Shown: positions 42,071 to 64,000 of the stretch, in pieces
Layout: each line of letters starts with the position of its first letter
Numbering within the stretch: the stretch's first letter is position 1
Assembly (NCBI RefSeq): GCF_006345805.1
Contig: NC_043014.1
Location: 53,506,001-53,570,000 of the forward strand
DNA: 64,000 bases
Source: Octopus sinensis
Lineage: Eukaryota
Direction of reading: 5' to 3'
The notes under the pieces: generated by a model
The model's input: the letters and a program-made list of their open reading frames with translations, nothing else
The model's database searches: none
Told to the model about the DNA's origin: nothing
Program-made: the position numbers and the translations under genes

Positions 42071-43786
42071 AGCTTTTATTATATGGGGAATATCAACAGC
42101 TAATGGTTTAAGGCTGGCCAAGAGAATGCCTTGCTTACGGCAGCAGAATGACAGCTCAATTTTCTTGTTAAGGGATACAACTAAATGTAATAAGTATTTA
42201 ACCCAGAGACAATAGCTGTGTCTTCGATGAGAATGGAGAAGAGTTTTGCTGAGAATATTTCAGTTTACACTGGGCAGAGCCATTCACTGGTTGCACTACA
42301 TGCGCTGAGTAAATCGTCTCTTGCATTCATTTTTTTGTTTTTGTATAGTATTTGGGACATTGTTAGTTAAAATGTGAGCCATGTGTAAAGGTCACTGGTT
42401 TGGCTTGGAGAAGGCAAATGGTTTGATTTCAGAAAATGCATTTCTGGGATTAGCATGAAAGTTGTATAGCCATATGTTTTTGGCTATTGTAACATCTGAT
42501 ACTGAATGGCATTGTCTGAGTAAGAGCAGCTCACCTTGAAATTATGCGCATGTAGAAGTTTCAGATGTTTCTGTATACTTGGACAGTGTTTAATCAGAGA
42601 TAAAGGCAGTGAGCTGGCAGAATCGTTAGCATGCCAGGCGAAATAATTAACAGTAGTTCACCCATTGTTACATTCTGAGTTCAAATTCCACCAAGGTCAA
42701 CTTTGCCTTGCATCCTTTCGGGGCCAATTAAGTACCAGTTGAGTAATGGGGTCGATGTGATCGACTGTTCCCCTCCCCACGGAATCTGGGCCGTGTGCTT
42801 ATAGTAGAAAGGAAAAGTGTTGAATTAGAGATAGGAAGCTTCTAGCTATGCTGGTGAAGAAATCTAAATCGTTGGTTTGAAGCAGGTGATTATTCTTTTC
42901 AAAATTCTTTTCAAGGGAGAGGGTAAAGAACCCTCCATGCACATTAATTTCTCACAAAAGCCACATCTCATTAATACTTCATAATAATAGATGCAGCTCT
43001 CCACCTTAAGGCAGCAACTATTGTCTCTTTACAAAGTCTAACAAAGAAACTGTATTTGTTCATAAGAATTCTAATTCAATTGAGCTATAATTAAGAAATT
43101 AGCAGCTGGCATTGACTGAAGAATCTCTAATCTCAAATCATATCAACACATCTTCAATAAAACAGTACTCCAGTGTAATGAAGTGTGTTCAATGCAATCT
43201 ATGCACCGGTTGGCAAATAAATGGAGGACAATGACAGGACACGCTTCTGGTATTGGTACCAAAGTAAAATGATTGAAATGCTGAAAGTAGCAGCCATCAG
43301 AAAGGACGTACAACGCTGTAGAAACTTGCATGGACCCCCCCCCCCCCCAACCATCTAGAAGGGCAGTATCTCCAATTAAAACTAATTCAAACTGTGACAG
43401 CCCACTCAACTCATGCCAACATTGGAAAAGTGGATGTCAAATAATGACGATGATGATGATGCACACATCCATATATCTATCCATCCGCACACACACACAC
43501 ACACGCACTTTTGCATGTACAAATAAGAGAGAAAAAAATGAGGAACTGAGGCTTTTCTCTCCAATTTCTATTACATTTATCAAAATGACTTCTAAGATAT
43601 CTTCAATTGCAAGGATCTGTCATCATTGACCATTGATCAGTTGTTGTTGCATGTGGAAACTATGCAAAGGATTAGTGTTGGAATTCTTGTCAATTTCAAC
43701 ACTACTACACTAAAAGTTTGCATACATACATACATACATATACACATACATGGATGTGTGCATTTGTGTGTGTGAGAGAGAGAGAA

Positions 43787-43840
<54 letters not shown>

Positions 43841-44049
43841 TGAGAGAGAAATGCAACAAAGACCACTTTTAAGAAATCTGTACAAAAATATTTATCTCTT
43901 TTTCTTATCATTCTGCAAGTAATTTGGAGTGTTTTTCCCACAATACCAAAACTTTTGCCCCAGAACAGCGATGGAGATAGTGATAGAAACCAGTTATAAA
44001 AGGAAGACTTTGAATGGTTTCATACATAATGTTTTGATACAAACAATCT

Positions 44050-63981
<19,932 letters not shown>

Positions 63982-64000
63982 CTACACAGAAGGTAAGGGA

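Overview
Repeat-dense, AT-rich eukaryotic genomic DNA. The very long (TA)n tracts, tRNA-derived SINEs and RTE, CR1, R4 and Penelope retroelements suggest a coleoid cephalopod such as Octopus (inference, not a database result). The only host gene I can support is the 3' half of an ABCC/MRP-type ABC transporter on the minus strand: 13 phase-consistent GT-AG exons from 63981 down to the stop at 44050, with the gene continuing past the right edge. The rest is microsatellite, a 100-N scaffold gap, a 98-bp satellite with a 6-unit higher-order pattern, and mostly decayed mobile elements (Gypsy, Tc1/mariner, Helitron, RTE, CR1, R4/Dong-like, Penelope-like, SINEs, MITEs). The most notable unannotated signal is about ten type I hammerhead-ribozyme motifs (CUGANGA...GAAA...NUH, several with palindromic stem III). 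They sit in short non-coding, often fold-back elements beside (TA)n tracts, with a five-motif cluster at 23.9-26.05 kb and one motif next to a decayed Penelope-like RT. The ORF-track hits in IY/CV-rich microsatellites are artefacts. All coordinates were read by eye, so repeat boundaries are approximate.
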